From: an uncultured delta proteobacterium
Lineage (GTDB): Bacteria; Desulfobacterota; Binatia; UBA9968
NCBI GenBank assembly: GCA_963737905.1
Contig: CAVTUQ010000037.1
Location: 189,164-253,163, forward strand
DNA: 64,000 bases
Direction: 5' to 3'
The notes under the pieces: generated by a model
The model's database searches: none
What the model was told of the DNA's origin: nothing
What the model saw: only the letters and a program-made list of their open reading frames with translations
Part shown: piece by piece, positions 31,793-42,650 of the stretch
Layout of the letters: every line of letters begins with the position of its first letter
How positions within the stretch are numbered: the stretch's first letter is position 1
Program-made: the position numbers and the translations under genes

Positions 31793-33932
31793 ATGAGTTT
31801 ATCGGCACAAATATTCCTCGGACTAGGCCTGGGGATCGCGACGGGTATTTTCTTCGGCGAGATAGCGGCTCCACTGAAACTCGTTGGCGCAGGCTTTGTC
31901 CAATTGCTGCAGATGGCCGTGCTGCCTTACATCATCATTGCCCTGATCTCAGGGCTCGGTAAATTGAATTACGGCGATGCGGTCAAGCTATCGTTGCGGG
32001 TGGGCAGCCTGCTTTTGCTGATCTGGGCGTTGACCTTGGCAGTCGTCTATCTCTTGCCGCTTAGCTTTCCGCAATGGGAAGCGGTGTCGTTCTTTAGCAC
32101 GACCTTGCTGGTACAACCCGAGGAATTCAATTTCCTTGAGTTCATACCCAGCAACCCTTTCTACTCGATGGCCAACAATATCGTGCCCGCCGTGGTGCTT
32201 TTCAGCATTGCGGTAGGCCTGGCCCTGATGGGAATCGAGAGAAAGGATTCTTTCATCAATGACTTGGAAATCCTGGAAGAAGCGCTCAAGCGGGTCATGA
32301 AATTCGTCGTCCGGCTCACCCCGTACGGTATTTTCGCGATCGCCGCGAGCACAGCCGGCACCATGAATGTCGATGAATTGAGCCGCTTGCAGGTGTATCT
32401 CATCGCCTATGCTATGGCCGCCCTCTTGATGACCTTTGCCGTGCTGCCTGCTCTCGTTATGCTGCTGACACCGCTCGGTTACCGCGAGATCCTCGGAGCC
32501 ACGAAAGACGCGCTGCTAATGGCGTTCGCAACAGACAACTTGCTGATCGTGATACCGATGCTGACTGACCACGGAAAGGAACTGCTAAACAAAAGGATGG
32601 GCGGCAGCCCAGAATCGGTGTCTAGCGTTGACGTCATCGTTCCGGTTTCCTTTAATTTTCCAAACGTTGGCAGACTGTTGCAGCTCGTTTTTATCCTCTT
32701 TGCGGCCTGGTTCACCAGTTCAGCCATCAGCCTTGCGGGGTATTTCGGTTTAACTGTGTCCGGTCTATTAAGCCTGTTTGGCAAACCGGTTGCCGCCATG
32801 CCGTTTTTGCTTGATCTGCTTCGCCTGCCGGCCGATATGATGCAGCTTTACCTCGCCTCGGGTATTTTCGTCTCCCAACTGGGCACTTTATCCTCCGCGA
32901 TGCATCTTTTTTCCCTCGCAGTGCTCGGGGGCTTTGCGATGGCGGGGAGGTTGCGTTTTCAGTGGAAGCGCTTCATTCCAGTGACAGCGCTTGCGGTTGG
33001 AGTTGTCGCGATCACGATCGGCGGGGCCCGAGCTTACTTCTCATTTGCGGTTGAAAACGCCTACGACAAGGATAAAATCCTCGCGCTTATGCAACCTTTA
33101 TTCCCTGCCGGCTCAGCCAAGGTTTACAAATCAGCACCGCCTCCTAGACCGGTGGAACGGTCTCAGCCCGCATTGAAAAGAATCCACGATCGGGGAGCCA
33201 TCCGGGTCGGATATTTCACCGATAACCGCCCTTTCTCCTTTTTGAACACAGAGGGTACCCTCGTCGGCCTGGATGTTGAAATGGCGCATGTTCTTGCCGA
33301 CTCTCTTGGCGTGGGCCTCGAGTTCGTGCTCGTCGATCGCTCCAAGATATCGGAGCAAGTTAAATGAAGGTTACTGTGACATCGTGATGTCGGGGGTTGT
33401 GGTCACTCCAGAACGCGCGGAAACCGCCCGACTCTCGGCGCCCTATTTGGAAATGACCCTGGCTTTTATCGTCCAAGATCATCGACGAAAGGAATTTAGC
33501 AGCCGTGAAGCACTGCAGAATCTCAAAGCTCCGAAGCTAGCCATTTTAGACGTTCCCTACTTTGTCTCTTTTGTCCGAGAGCGCCTGCCCAACGCACAGC
33601 TGGTGATTGTGGAATCCGCCGAAGAATTTTTTGAATCCAAGGGAAAAACTCTTGATGGGTTTATCTATACCGCGGAAGCGGGATCGGCTTGGAGTCTCCT
33701 CCATCCGGAATACACCGTTGCGGTGCCGCCACCTCCGATCTCGCTACCGCTGACCTATGCGATGGCGCGCGGGGACCACGAACTGACCGATTACGTCAAC
33801 GCCCTGATCGATCTTAAGAAGAGGGACGGCACCTTAAAAAAACTTTATGACTATTGGGTCTTGGGTCGATTCGCCGCGAATAGGCAACCCCGCTGGTCCG
33901 TCATTCGCGACGTCCTTCATTGGGTCGAATAA
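31793..33932 (+). CDS. Dicarboxylate/amino acid:cation symporter fused to a family-3 solute-binding domain; frameshift near 33360
   Basis: GltP-like TM region (FIPSNPF, LTPYGIFAIAA), then RGAIRVG...PFSF...GLDVEMA; ORF 33273..33932 completes the binding domain. Confidence 0.85.
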
Positions 33933-33967
33933 GCGCGCTTTCTTTATTAGAGGATGCTTAGGATCAT

Positions 33968-34060
33968 TCTCGCGCCAAGACGCCGAGAACGCCAAGTTCG
34001 GATTCATTTCCTTTGCGGCCCCTCCGACGCTGCTCAGGACATGCTTTCGCGGGTATGACG
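33968..34060. repeat. Composite REP-like element
   Basis: CGCCAAGA-CGCCGAGAA-CGCCAAG repeat, CCTCCGACGCTGCTCAGGAC and CTTTCGCGGGTATGAC; the last resembles the CGGGAATGAC end at 54218-54227. Confidence 0.5.
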
Positions 34061-34129
34061 ATGGGGCGCTCGCTGATTTATAGTGCGAACTTTGGTGCCA
34101 GGACACTAGATCTAACATGGGATGAAACG

Positions 34130-34720
34130 ATGAAACATTTTTTGGATTTTTTGAAGACGACATTGCTGGGCGGTGCACTCTTTCTGGTGCCGATCGTTCT
34201 GCTTGCTTTCGTTGCCTACACTGCGTTGGACATTGTAGACGATTTCGTCGAGCCGGTGGCCGCCTTGATCCCGGTGGAATCCGTCGGCGGTATCGGGGTG
34301 GCGAAGTTACTGGCGGGCGCCGTGATTGTCCTCTGCTGTTTTCTCGCCGGGCTGCTGGCGAAGACTGCCCTCGCCAAAAACCTGGTCGATTGGCTGGAGT
34401 ACTCAGTGCTTTGTAACGTTCCCGGTTATGAAGTTATCAAGAGCATGGGCGAGAGCATGGTCGGTATTGAGAGAGAAGAGGCACACCAAGCTGTCCTCGC
34501 CCGGATAGAGGAAACATGGCAGATCGCGTTCCTGGTCGAACGCATCGACGGAGGTTTCGTTGCGGTCTTCGTGCCCGATGCTCCGAACCCGTGGTCCGGC
34601 TCGGTTTTTTTCATGACCGAAGATCGCATCAAGTCTCTCGATCTGCCGCGCGCCCAATTGCTGAAGTGTCTGAATCGTCTCGGTGTGGGCTCCAACTCGC
34701 TTCTTGCGGGACGGCTATAG
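34130..34720 (+). CDS. DUF502-like membrane protein
   Basis: TTLLGGALFLVP, VPGY and VFVPDAPNPWSG motifs. Confidence 0.8.
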   Translation: MKHFLDFLKTTLLGGALFLVPIVLLAFVAYTALDIVDDFVEPVAALIPVESVGGIGVAKLLAGAVIVLCCFLAGLLAKTALAKNLVDWLEYSVLCNVPGYEVIKSMGESMVGIEREEAHQAVLARIEETWQIAFLVERIDGGFVAVFVPDAPNPWSGSVFFMTEDRIKSLDLPRAQLLKCLNRLGVGSNSLLAGRL

Positions 34721-34793
34721 CTCTCTGCGCTCCGACTGTATCGGTGTGTTACGGATTGAGCATGTCTAACGAGCGAGAGGATCTGGCGTTAGC

Positions 34794-35321
34794 ATGAACG
34801 GCGAACAAGGTTTGCGAGAAATCGCGCAGTCTCCGGGACGTCTGGTTTTGGGCGGTACCATATTTGTTCTAGGGCAGCTAAGTCCATTGCTGATTCCCGT
34901 CATCATCTGGTTTGAATTCGCTGAGGCATGGACGGTCGCTATTTCGGGGTTGCTCTTATTCGGAGTCCCAGAACTGTGTCTGATCGGCGCAGTTGCGATA
35001 ATGGGCAACAGCGGTCTCGATTATCTTAAAAAACGCCTAAGCGAATTTCTCAAGAAGCACGGTCCTCCCGATGAAGTAAGCAAGACTCGCTACCGTGTGG
35101 GCCTCGTTATGTTTATTCTGCCCTTGCTGTTTGGGTTTTGCTCGCCGTATGTAGGCCATTTAGTTCCGCTGCTCCAGTCACACCCGGTTGTCATTGCCCT
35201 TATCGCCGATTTGATGCTGCTGTGCAGCGTGTTTGTGCTAGGGGGTCATTTCTGGGACAAGCTGCGCGCATTGTTTGTCCACGAAGCAAAAGTCCAGTTT
35301 TCGGACGTTCGCCCTTCTTGA
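34794..35321 (+). CDS. Small four-TM membrane protein ('transporter suffix domain' type)
   Basis: GVPEL...AIMG...G and the terminal [17 protein letters not shown] motif. Confidence 0.75.
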   Translation: MNGEQGLREIAQSPGRLVLGGTIFVLGQLSPLLIPVIIWFEFAEAWTVAISGLLLFGVPELCLIGAVAIMGNSGLDYLKKRLSEFLKKHGPPDEVSKTRYRVGLVMFILPLLFGFCSPYVGHLVPLLQSHPVVIALIADLMLLCSVFVLGGHFWDKLRALFVHEAKVQFSDVRPS

Positions 35322-35412
35322 ATGCAAAGCGTTGACGGTGTGGCATATACTCGGGATTTCCCGAATGAATGACAGCACAAGAAACTCGAACTGAAGGCGA
35401 CGCTTTGCTAGG

Positions 35413-36219
35413 ATGGCAACAATGAAGTCATCGCCCAAGGCTCTTACCATTGCAGGCTCCGACTCCGGCGCCGGTGCTGGAATCCAGGCTGACCTTAAAA
35501 CCTTCGCCGCCCTCGGCGTCTATGGAACGTCGGTGATCACCGCAATCACGGCGCAGAACACCGTCCAGGTAACTAAAATATTGGAATTGAGCACGGAGCT
35601 TGTGGCGTCACAGATCGACGCGGTTATGCAAGACATCGGCACTGACGCACTCAAGACCGGCATGCTTCCCAATACGGCGCTTATCGAGACGGTGGCCGCG
35701 AAGATCCGCCACTATAACCTAAAAAATCTCGTGGTTGATCCCGTGATGGTCGCAAAATCTGGCGATCTGTTGCTGAGAAAAGATGCCATCCAGGCGCTGC
35801 GTTCGCGTCTTATTCCACTAGCGAAAGTTGTGACGCCCAATCTTCCGGAAGCCGAGGAGCTTATCGAAATGAAATTAACCCGGACCAGGGAAATAGAAGA
35901 AGCCGCGCGACGAATCATTGCGATGGGCGCAAAGAATGTCATCATCAAGGGCGGCCACAGAAGAGGCCCGGCCGTCGACCTGTTTTTCGATGGCAACAAA
36001 ATCCGCACACTTCGCTCTCCCCGTATCCGCACTCGCCACACCCATGGCACGGGCTGCACTTTTTCCGCCGCCATTACCGCATATCTGGCTAAGGGGGAAA
36101 CGGTCGAGAAAGCAGCTGCCTTAGCCAAGCAGTATATCACCCAGGCGATTCGCAAAGGCTTTGCCGTCGGTTCAGGTCACAGTCCCGTGCACCACTTCCA
36201 TCGTTTTTGGAAGAACTGA
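35413..36219 (+). CDS. thiD: Hydroxymethylpyrimidine/phosphomethylpyrimidine kinase
   Basis: [38 protein letters not shown] and HGTGCT. Confidence 0.96.
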   Translation: MATMKSSPKALTIAGSDSGAGAGIQADLKTFAALGVYGTSVITAITAQNTVQVTKILELSTELVASQIDAVMQDIGTDALKTGMLPNTALIETVAAKIRHYNLKNLVVDPVMVAKSGDLLLRKDAIQALRSRLIPLAKVVTPNLPEAEELIEMKLTRTREIEEAARRIIAMGAKNVIIKGGHRRGPAVDLFFDGNKIRTLRSPRIRTRHTHGTGCTFSAAITAYLAKGETVEKAAALAKQYITQAIRKGFAVGSGHSPVHHFHRFWKN

Positions 36220-36220
36220 A

Positions 36221-36250
36221 GATTGAGGGATGGAGGATAGAAGATCGAGG
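36221..36250 (+). repeat. 7-mer tandem repeat (GATNGAG)
   Basis: GATTGAG-G-GATGGAG GATAGAA GATCGAG between convergent thiD and pyrF. Confidence 0.55.
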
Positions 36251-36288
36251 CGGGGCTTCTACAACGGCCCGGCAGTTTATGCTCGCAC

Positions 36289-37044
36289 TTATCTTGCGCC
36301 GGACTCCATTTCGGCGACGATTTCTCGCGTCGCGGCGACAGGATCCTTCGCTTCTAGAATCGGGCGCCCGACAACAATGTAGTCAACGCCGGCTGTGATG
36401 GCATCCGCTGGGGACATCACACGCTGTTGATCGTTTCGGCTATTCGCAACCGGGCGAATACCCGGAGTAACGATAATGAACCGACGGCCACAGGCAGCGC
36501 GGATATCCGTCACTTCATGCGGTGAGGCGACGACACCATCCATGCCCGCTTCCTTCGTCAGTAACGCCAGCCGCACCACTTGATCAGCCACTTTACCATC
36601 CACGCCGACCCGCTTGAGATCATCTTGGCTCAAGCTCGTCAGAACGGTAACGGCTAACATGATCGGCTGTCGCCGCTTTTCTTGACGGCAAATCCGGTGG
36701 ACTTCTTTCACCGTCGCGCGCATCATCTCCAGGCTGCCGGACGCGTGGACGTTGAACATTTTGACGCCCAAGCGCGTCGCCTCCACCGCCGCTTTTGCCA
36801 CCGTAGTGGGGATATCGTGAAACTTGAGATCGAGAAAAACTTCGCCCCCAATTTCCTGAATGAGCCGCACCGCCTGTGGCCCGGCGCATGTAAAGAGCTG
36901 CTTTCCAACCTTGAACATTCCCACTTCCGTCGAAAGGAGTCGGACCAGCTGCTTGACGTGGTCGAGATGGTCGACGTCAAGAGCGACAATCAACCGCTCT
37001 TTCATCGATAGCCGGGAACGAACCAACTCGAGGTTGGATGCCAT
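36289..37044 (-). CDS. pyrF: Orotidine-5'-phosphate decarboxylase
   Basis: LIVALD, FLDLKFHDIPTT, VTVLTS, TPGIRP and VVGRPI. Confidence 0.97.
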   Translation of the reverse strand: MASNLELVRSRLSMKERLIVALDVDHLDHVKQLVRLLSTEVGMFKVGKQLFTCAGPQAVRLIQEIGGEVFLDLKFHDIPTTVAKAAVEATRLGVKMFNVHASGSLEMMRATVKEVHRICRQEKRRQPIMLAVTVLTSLSQDDLKRVGVDGKVADQVVRLALLTKEAGMDGVVASPHEVTDIRAACGRRFIIVTPGIRPVANSRNDQQRVMSPADAITAGVDYIVVGRPILEAKDPVAATREIVAEMESGAR

Positions 37045-37047
37045 GCT

Positions 37048-38775
37048 CTATGCCTGAAGCGATTGGGTAATGATGCTATGGATGGCTTGCGCGGCGTCGC
37101 CCAAAGGTATTTCGTCGGTTTTCCCGTCGCGGCGCCAGCGCAGCTCTACTGCGTTTTTCTCCAGTCCCTTGGCCCCGATCGTAAGCCGGAAGGGAATCCC
37201 TATCAGATCGGCGTCTTTAAACTTGACCCCCGGCCGCTCGTCGCGATCATCCAAAAGAACCTCAAGGCCGCGCTTCTCTAGCTCCTGATAAAGCCGATCG
37301 GAGGCTCCTTGGATCGCCTTGTCTCGATAGTTGATCGGAAGCAGCAAAACATGAAACGGGGCAATAGAGAACGGCCAAATGATACCGTTGGAGTCATTAT
37401 TTTGTTCGATGGCGGCTGCCACCAAGCGAGAAATGCCAATGCCGTAGCAACCCATTTCAATGGAACGCTCACGCCCTTCGGTATCGAGATAGGTAGCGCC
37501 TAAAGACTCACTGTATTTCTTGCCCAAGTAAAAGACCTGGCCTACTTCGATGCCGCGATGGCTTTCGAGAAAACCCTCGTCGCAGCGCGGACACGAATCG
37601 CCCGCGACGACCAATCTCAAATCGGCGAAGGCGCTGGGCGTAAAATCTCGCTCCTGATCAACTTCAATGTAATGCGCGTCGAGTTCATTAGCCCCCGTGA
37701 CCGCGCCGCGCATTCCTTGGATGGAAAGGTCCGCCACGGTTCGCAGCTTAAGACCCATGGGTCCCAGGAACCCGGGGCTTACCTGAGTCGCCGCCTTTAC
37801 TTCCGCTTCATCGGCCAAGGCGACTTCCCGGCAACCCAGTACTGCCTGTAACTTCAACTCGTTGATTTCATGATCGCCCCGTACCAACACAGCCACCAGC
37901 CGATTGTTATCGGTTCTATACACCAATGTTTTAATGAACTTCTCGGCTGGTAGTCTGAGATATTCCGCCACCTCCGCAACGCTTTTTTTACCGGGGGTTG
38001 AAACCTTTTCGAGCTTGGGTGAGTTCTCGTTTAGATCGCGGCCCGCAGGGCGACGCGCTTTGATTTCAGCCTTTTGCACGTTCGCGGCATATTCGCATTT
38101 GTTGCAGCTAACGATGGCATCCTCGCCGGACTCGGCTAGCACTTGGAATTCGTGGGATTGACTACCGCCAATGGCGCCGGTGTCCGCTTCCACGGCGCGA
38201 AACTGCAAACCACAGCGAGAAAAGATTCTCTTATAGGTTTGGAACATGTTGTCGTATTCACGTTGGGAGTCCTCCACATCGACGTGAAAGCTGTAGGCAT
38301 CCTTCATGATAAACTCACGACCCCGCATTAGACCAAAACGCGGACGGACCTCATCGCGGAATTTCGTTTGAATCTGGTACAGATTGAGGGGCATCTCGCG
38401 ATAGGAGCGCACGATTCGACGCATTAGGTCCGTGATCACCTCCTCGTGCGTCGGACCGAGGCAAAAGTCCCGCTCGTGACGGTCTTTGAACCGGATCAGT
38501 TCCTTACCGTAAGCCTGCCAACGACCGCTCTCCTGCCACAATTCTGCGGGACAGGCGATGGGAAGAAGAAGCTCCTGCGCTCCCGCTCGATTCATCTCTT
38601 CGCGAACAATGGCTTCTATCTTTCGAATGACCCTCAACGACAACGGCAGGTAGTCATAGATGCCGCGGCTCAACTGGCGAATGAACCCGGCTCGGACCAA
38701 TAACTTGTGACTCACCACTTCCGCGTCGGCCGGCTCCTCCTTGAGAGTAGGGATGAAGGCTTTGCTCCAACGCAT
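37048..38775 (-). CDS. proS: Proline--tRNA ligase
   Basis: LGPTHEE, FRDEVRPRFGLMRGREF, editing insertion and MGCYGIG. Confidence 0.97.
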   Translation of the reverse strand: MRWSKAFIPTLKEEPADAEVVSHKLLVRAGFIRQLSRGIYDYLPLSLRVIRKIEAIVREEMNRAGAQELLLPIACPAELWQESGRWQAYGKELIRFKDRHERDFCLGPTHEEVITDLMRRIVRSYREMPLNLYQIQTKFRDEVRPRFGLMRGREFIMKDAYSFHVDVEDSQREYDNMFQTYKRIFSRCGLQFRAVEADTGAIGGSQSHEFQVLAESGEDAIVSCNKCEYAANVQKAEIKARRPAGRDLNENSPKLEKVSTPGKKSVAEVAEYLRLPAEKFIKTLVYRTDNNRLVAVLVRGDHEINELKLQAVLGCREVALADEAEVKAATQVSPGFLGPMGLKLRTVADLSIQGMRGAVTGANELDAHYIEVDQERDFTPSAFADLRLVVAGDSCPRCDEGFLESHRGIEVGQVFYLGKKYSESLGATYLDTEGRERSIEMGCYGIGISRLVAAAIEQNNDSNGIIWPFSIAPFHVLLLPINYRDKAIQGASDRLYQELEKRGLEVLLDDRDERPGVKFKDADLIGIPFRLTIGAKGLEKNAVELRWRRDGKTDEIPLGDAAQAIHSIITQSLQA

Positions 38776-38813
38776 AAGTTTTGGAAACGGGGATAATTAA
38801 GAGACCGAAACGG

Positions 38814-39914
38814 TTAGCCGTCGAGCGCCGCCGTTGCTTTTTCTGTTTCCTTCTCGGCGGCCAGGTTCTTGACCTCTTCCATCAGCGCGTCAACAATCTG
38901 TGCTTCGGGGACTTTGCGTATCACTTCTCCTTTTTTAAAGATGAGACCGATGCCTTTGCCGCCAGCGACGCCAAGATCGGCGGCGCGCGCCTCCCCGGGG
39001 CCGTTGACCTCGCAACCCATAACCGCGACGTGGATGTTAAGGGTGCTGTAGGGACGCATTCGCTCCTCGACCGCCTTTGCCAAACCGACGAGATCCACAT
39101 CGGCTCGCCCACAAGAAGGACAGGCGACAAAGGTCATTCCATCTTTCTTGAGTCCAAGGCATCTGAGAATTTCGGCGCCGACTCGCACTTCTTCCACCGG
39201 ATCGGCGGCCAGCGAAACCCGTATGGTATCACCGATTCCTTCCGCGAGAAGGGTCCCAAGCCCCACCGCCGACTTGACCGTACCGATGGTCGGCGTTCCG
39301 GCTTCGGTTACTCCGAGATGGAATGGATAATCCACTTTGTCGGCGAGCATGCGGTAAGCTTCGATAGTCATCAAAGGGTCAGAAGCCTTCAGGGAGATTT
39401 TGATCTCAGGATAATTCAGTTCTTCCAGGATGCGGATGTGTCGCAAACCACTCTCTACCATTCCTGCAGCGGTCGGCCCGCCGTACTTTTGCAGCAGATC
39501 TTTCTCCAATGAACCGGCGTTGACGCCGATACGAATTGGAATTTTTCGTTCCGCGGCGAGCTTGACGACTTCCTCGATGCACCATCGGGCGCCGATGTTA
39601 CCGGGATTCAGCCTCAGGCCGTCGACTCCTTGTTCCAGTGCAATGAGTGCAAGCTTGTAATTGAAATGAATGTCGGCAACCAGAGGAATGCGTATTTGTT
39701 TCTTGATTTTTCCCAACCGCTCCGCCGCTTCACGGACCGGTACAGCCACACGCACAATGTCACAGCCGGCAACTTCCAAGGCCCAGATTTGATCGACGGT
39801 GGCATCGACGTCGCGGGTGTCCGTCTTGGTCATGGATTGGACAGTAACGGGTGCACCGCCCCCCACTTTGACCTTACCGAGCTGTATTTGTCTCGTTTTT
39901 CGGCGTTTAATCAT
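38814..39914 (-). CDS. ispG: (E)-4-hydroxy-3-methylbut-2-enyl-diphosphate synthase
   Basis: VQSMT, ADIHF, RLNPGNI, HLGVTEAG, CPSCGR and MGCEVNGPGE. Confidence 0.97.
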   Translation of the reverse strand: MIKRRKTRQIQLGKVKVGGGAPVTVQSMTKTDTRDVDATVDQIWALEVAGCDIVRVAVPVREAAERLGKIKKQIRIPLVADIHFNYKLALIALEQGVDGLRLNPGNIGARWCIEEVVKLAAERKIPIRIGVNAGSLEKDLLQKYGGPTAAGMVESGLRHIRILEELNYPEIKISLKASDPLMTIEAYRMLADKVDYPFHLGVTEAGTPTIGTVKSAVGLGTLLAEGIGDTIRVSLAADPVEEVRVGAEILRCLGLKKDGMTFVACPSCGRADVDLVGLAKAVEERMRPYSTLNIHVAVMGCEVNGPGEARAADLGVAGGKGIGLIFKKGEVIRKVPEAQIVDALMEEVKNLAAEKETEKATAALDG

Positions 39915-40004
39915 GCCTTCACTATAGGCAACCTAGAGAGCCGGGTCAACAAACTGTGGCTATCGGCCAGAGAAGGGTTATCGCGCCGGGCGGGCTCCGA
40001 CCAC

Positions 40005-40781
40005 CTACTTCGAGATCTTGGCTCCCGGCTTCTCTTGCGCAGGAGCTGCGGCTTCTTCCTTCCTTCTTCGATCTCCCTCTGGGATGATCAACAGCCGGCG
40101 ATAAGAACCTTGTCCCAGACTCTTGGTTGTTACCCAAGGATCGTCTTGCAGCGCCGCGTGAATAATGCGGCGGTCGGCGGCGCTCAAGGCATCGACCGTC
40201 ACGGTTTTCCTCTGGCGCTTCGCCTTCTCCCCCAAACGCAAGGCCATATCTTCCAGAGACTTGCGGCGACGCAGGCGATAATTTTCGATATCGACGACAA
40301 TGTGAGGACCTTCGGTTCCGCCTCGCTCGCCGGCAATGCGGCTGACCAAATATTGCAGTGCCTCGAGAGTCTGTCCCTTACGCCCGATCAGTAGGCCGCT
40401 ATTTTCGGTGCGGATCTCCACCACGGTTTCGTCGGTTTTTCCCGCCATTCTCAAGTCGACTTCTGCTTTGATTCCCATCAAATTCAATATCTCCGCCAAG
40501 ATTTCTTTGGCCTTCTGCCCCATGGCCGCCGCTTCTGCCGCGGTCAGAGACGGCTCTTCCACAGCGGATGGTTGCAACTCGGAGGCCTGGAAGTCGATGG
40601 CGGACTTTCTGAGCGTCGCCCGGATGCGCGCTTTCTGGGACCCGAAGCCCAGGATCCCTTTCTTGCCCTCCGATAAGATGTCGACGGTAATCCTGTCCCG
40701 CTCGACTCCCAGCAGCTTTAGCGCGTTCTCGATTGCTTTGTCTATCGTGTCGCCTTCGGATTCCACATGATCCATATTCAA
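40005..40781 (-). CDS. jag: Jag/KhpB (EloR) RNA-binding protein
   Basis: Jag_N domain, KH (LIGRKGQTLEALQ) and R3H (RRIIH). Confidence 0.93.
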   Translation of the reverse strand: MNMDHVESEGDTIDKAIENALKLLGVERDRITVDILSEGKKGILGFGSQKARIRATLRKSAIDFQASELQPSAVEEPSLTAAEAAAMGQKAKEILAEILNLMGIKAEVDLRMAGKTDETVVEIRTENSGLLIGRKGQTLEALQYLVSRIAGERGGTEGPHIVVDIENYRLRRRKSLEDMALRLGEKAKRQRKTVTVDALSAADRRIIHAALQDDPWVTTKSLGQGSYRRLLIIPEGDRRRKEEAAAPAQEKPGAKISK

Positions 40782-40802
40782 ACCTCGCCTAGACGGTTCA
40801 AC

Positions 40803-42416
40803 CTATTTTTGCATCCGGTTGATCCAATACTGCTGGCCAATGGTAAGAACATTGTTCACCAGCCAGTAAACGGTGAGACCCGCGGGAAACGATACGAACA
40901 TGAAAGTAAATACTAGCGGCATCATGAGCATCATCTTTCGCTGATTCGGGTCGCCCGCACTCGGCGTCATCCATTGTTGCACGAACATACTGGCACCCAT
41001 AAGTATCGTGAGCACCGGAATCCCGAGGTGCCAGCTCCCAAACGTGAAAGGCAGCGATTGCCAATCCGGCTTCGAAAGATCTTTGATCCACAAAAACCCT
41101 GCGTGTCTCAATTCAATAGGGGTACTCAAAGCGTTGTAGAGACCGATAAACACAGGAAACTGGAGCACCATAGGCAGACAACCGCCCAGAGGATTCACGC
41201 CATTGCGCCGGTAAAGCTCCATGATTTCCTTGTTGAGCTTCTCTTTGTCATCCTTGTATTTTTCTTTTAGCCGTTCCATCTGCGGCTGGAGCTTCTGCAT
41301 TTGTTTCATCGATACGAAACTTTTGTGGGTCAGCGGAGCCATGAGAAGCTTGATCAGGACAGTCAGCAGAATGATGGAGATGCCATAACTTCCGGTAAAA
41401 CCATGGAAGAAATGCAGGACGTAAAGAAACGGAATCGAAACGAAGCCGAAATAGCCGAGATCGATGGTGCGTTCCAGTCCCTTCCCCACCGATTTGAGGA
41501 TGTCAAGCTCCTTGGGTCCAACGAAGAGCGTGTAGTGATGAACGTTGCCCGGCGCTCCTGCCGGGCCACTGATTGCAGAAATGAAAGCCGGACCGGCCTG
41601 CTGCACCCAAACTCGGTGCTGAACACCGTTGTCAGGAAGCAATCCAAAGAAGAAATAGGTATAGCCGAAGCCCGCCCAGCCAACGTCGCCAACGAATTCG
41701 TGACCTTTGACTATTTCCGCGGGCGGTTCCCGATGGATCTTGTTATCCACGAGAGCAATAAACCCTTCGAAGTGCGCGTCCGGATTCGGGACGCTCTGGT
41801 CGCTTTTGACCGTCAGAATCAATTCAGGCATCGGAGCGCTACCATCAGCCGTTGCCACAGAAACCTCAAATTGGACGGGGTAAGTCGAACCGGAGAAAGT
41901 AAACGTCTTGGTAATGACCGTTCCGTTCCCTGCTCGACCACTGAAAACTAGAGTACCCTTGGAGTCGCCGGTTAACTTCAGGTCGCTCCCCTCTACCGAG
42001 TAAAGCAGTTCCTCGTCATCGAAGGGCGCCGGACTCTGCCATCGAATGCCCAAGGGAAACGGTACCCCGGGAGCGGACTGAATTATATCAAAAGGTGGAC
42101 TGTCCTCTTGAACCGAGCTTCGATAATTTTTGAACTTGAAGCTCTTGAGGCGAGCCCCCTGGTTGGTAAACAAAGCAATGTAGTAGTCGGTTTCAACGCG
42201 GATCTCCTTGGCCTCGCGGCTGACCGGAACCGCGACAGGCTTGGTCTGGGTAGGCGCGGCCGGAGCCTCTGGCGCAGCCGGCGGCGCTTTCTCCGGTGCT
42301 TTTTGCGCAATCTCTGGGGCAGACGGAGGCGGGCTATAGTATCGTGTCATCCACTCTTGGTAGATCACCAAAATAAGTATCGACAGGCCGATGGCTAAAA
42401 ATGCGCGCTTATCCAT
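40803..42416 (-). CDS. yidC: Membrane protein insertase
   Basis: Periplasmic domain, GPK, NPLGGCLP and PAGLTVYW. Confidence 0.97.
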   Translation of the reverse strand: MDKRAFLAIGLSILILVIYQEWMTRYYSPPPSAPEIAQKAPEKAPPAAPEAPAAPTQTKPVAVPVSREAKEIRVETDYYIALFTNQGARLKSFKFKNYRSSVQEDSPPFDIIQSAPGVPFPLGIRWQSPAPFDDEELLYSVEGSDLKLTGDSKGTLVFSGRAGNGTVITKTFTFSGSTYPVQFEVSVATADGSAPMPELILTVKSDQSVPNPDAHFEGFIALVDNKIHREPPAEIVKGHEFVGDVGWAGFGYTYFFFGLLPDNGVQHRVWVQQAGPAFISAISGPAGAPGNVHHYTLFVGPKELDILKSVGKGLERTIDLGYFGFVSIPFLYVLHFFHGFTGSYGISIILLTVLIKLLMAPLTHKSFVSMKQMQKLQPQMERLKEKYKDDKEKLNKEIMELYRRNGVNPLGGCLPMVLQFPVFIGLYNALSTPIELRHAGFLWIKDLSKPDWQSLPFTFGSWHLGIPVLTILMGASMFVQQWMTPSAGDPNQRKMMLMMPLVFTFMFVSFPAGLTVYWLVNNVLTIGQQYWINRMQK

Positions 42417-42428
42417 GAGCGATAGTTC

Positions 42429-42650
42429 TTAGTGGACGGGATCGTAGCCGCCTGGATTCCAAGGGTGGCAGCGACTAACCCGTTTGAGCCCGAGTGATAA
42501 TCCCTTTAGAATCCCATGTTTTTGGATGGCCTCAGAAGCATAGACGGAGCAGCTCGGAAAAAAACGGCACGCGCGGGGCAAAAAAGGCGATAGGAGCTTA
42601 TGGTACGCCGTCAAGATGATGGGGATAATGTTTCTAGAAACTCGATACAC
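42429..42650 (-). CDS. yidD: Membrane protein insertion efficiency factor
   Basis: CRFFPSCSVY...RCHPWNPGGYDPV. Confidence 0.95.
   Translation of the reverse strand: MYRVSRNIIPIILTAYHKLLSPFLPRACRFFPSCSVYASEAIQKHGILKGLSLGLKRVSRCHPWNPGGYDPVH

Noticed and set aside
35322-35412. TPP riboswitch before thiD
   Set aside because: No CTGAGA core or other TPP consensus.
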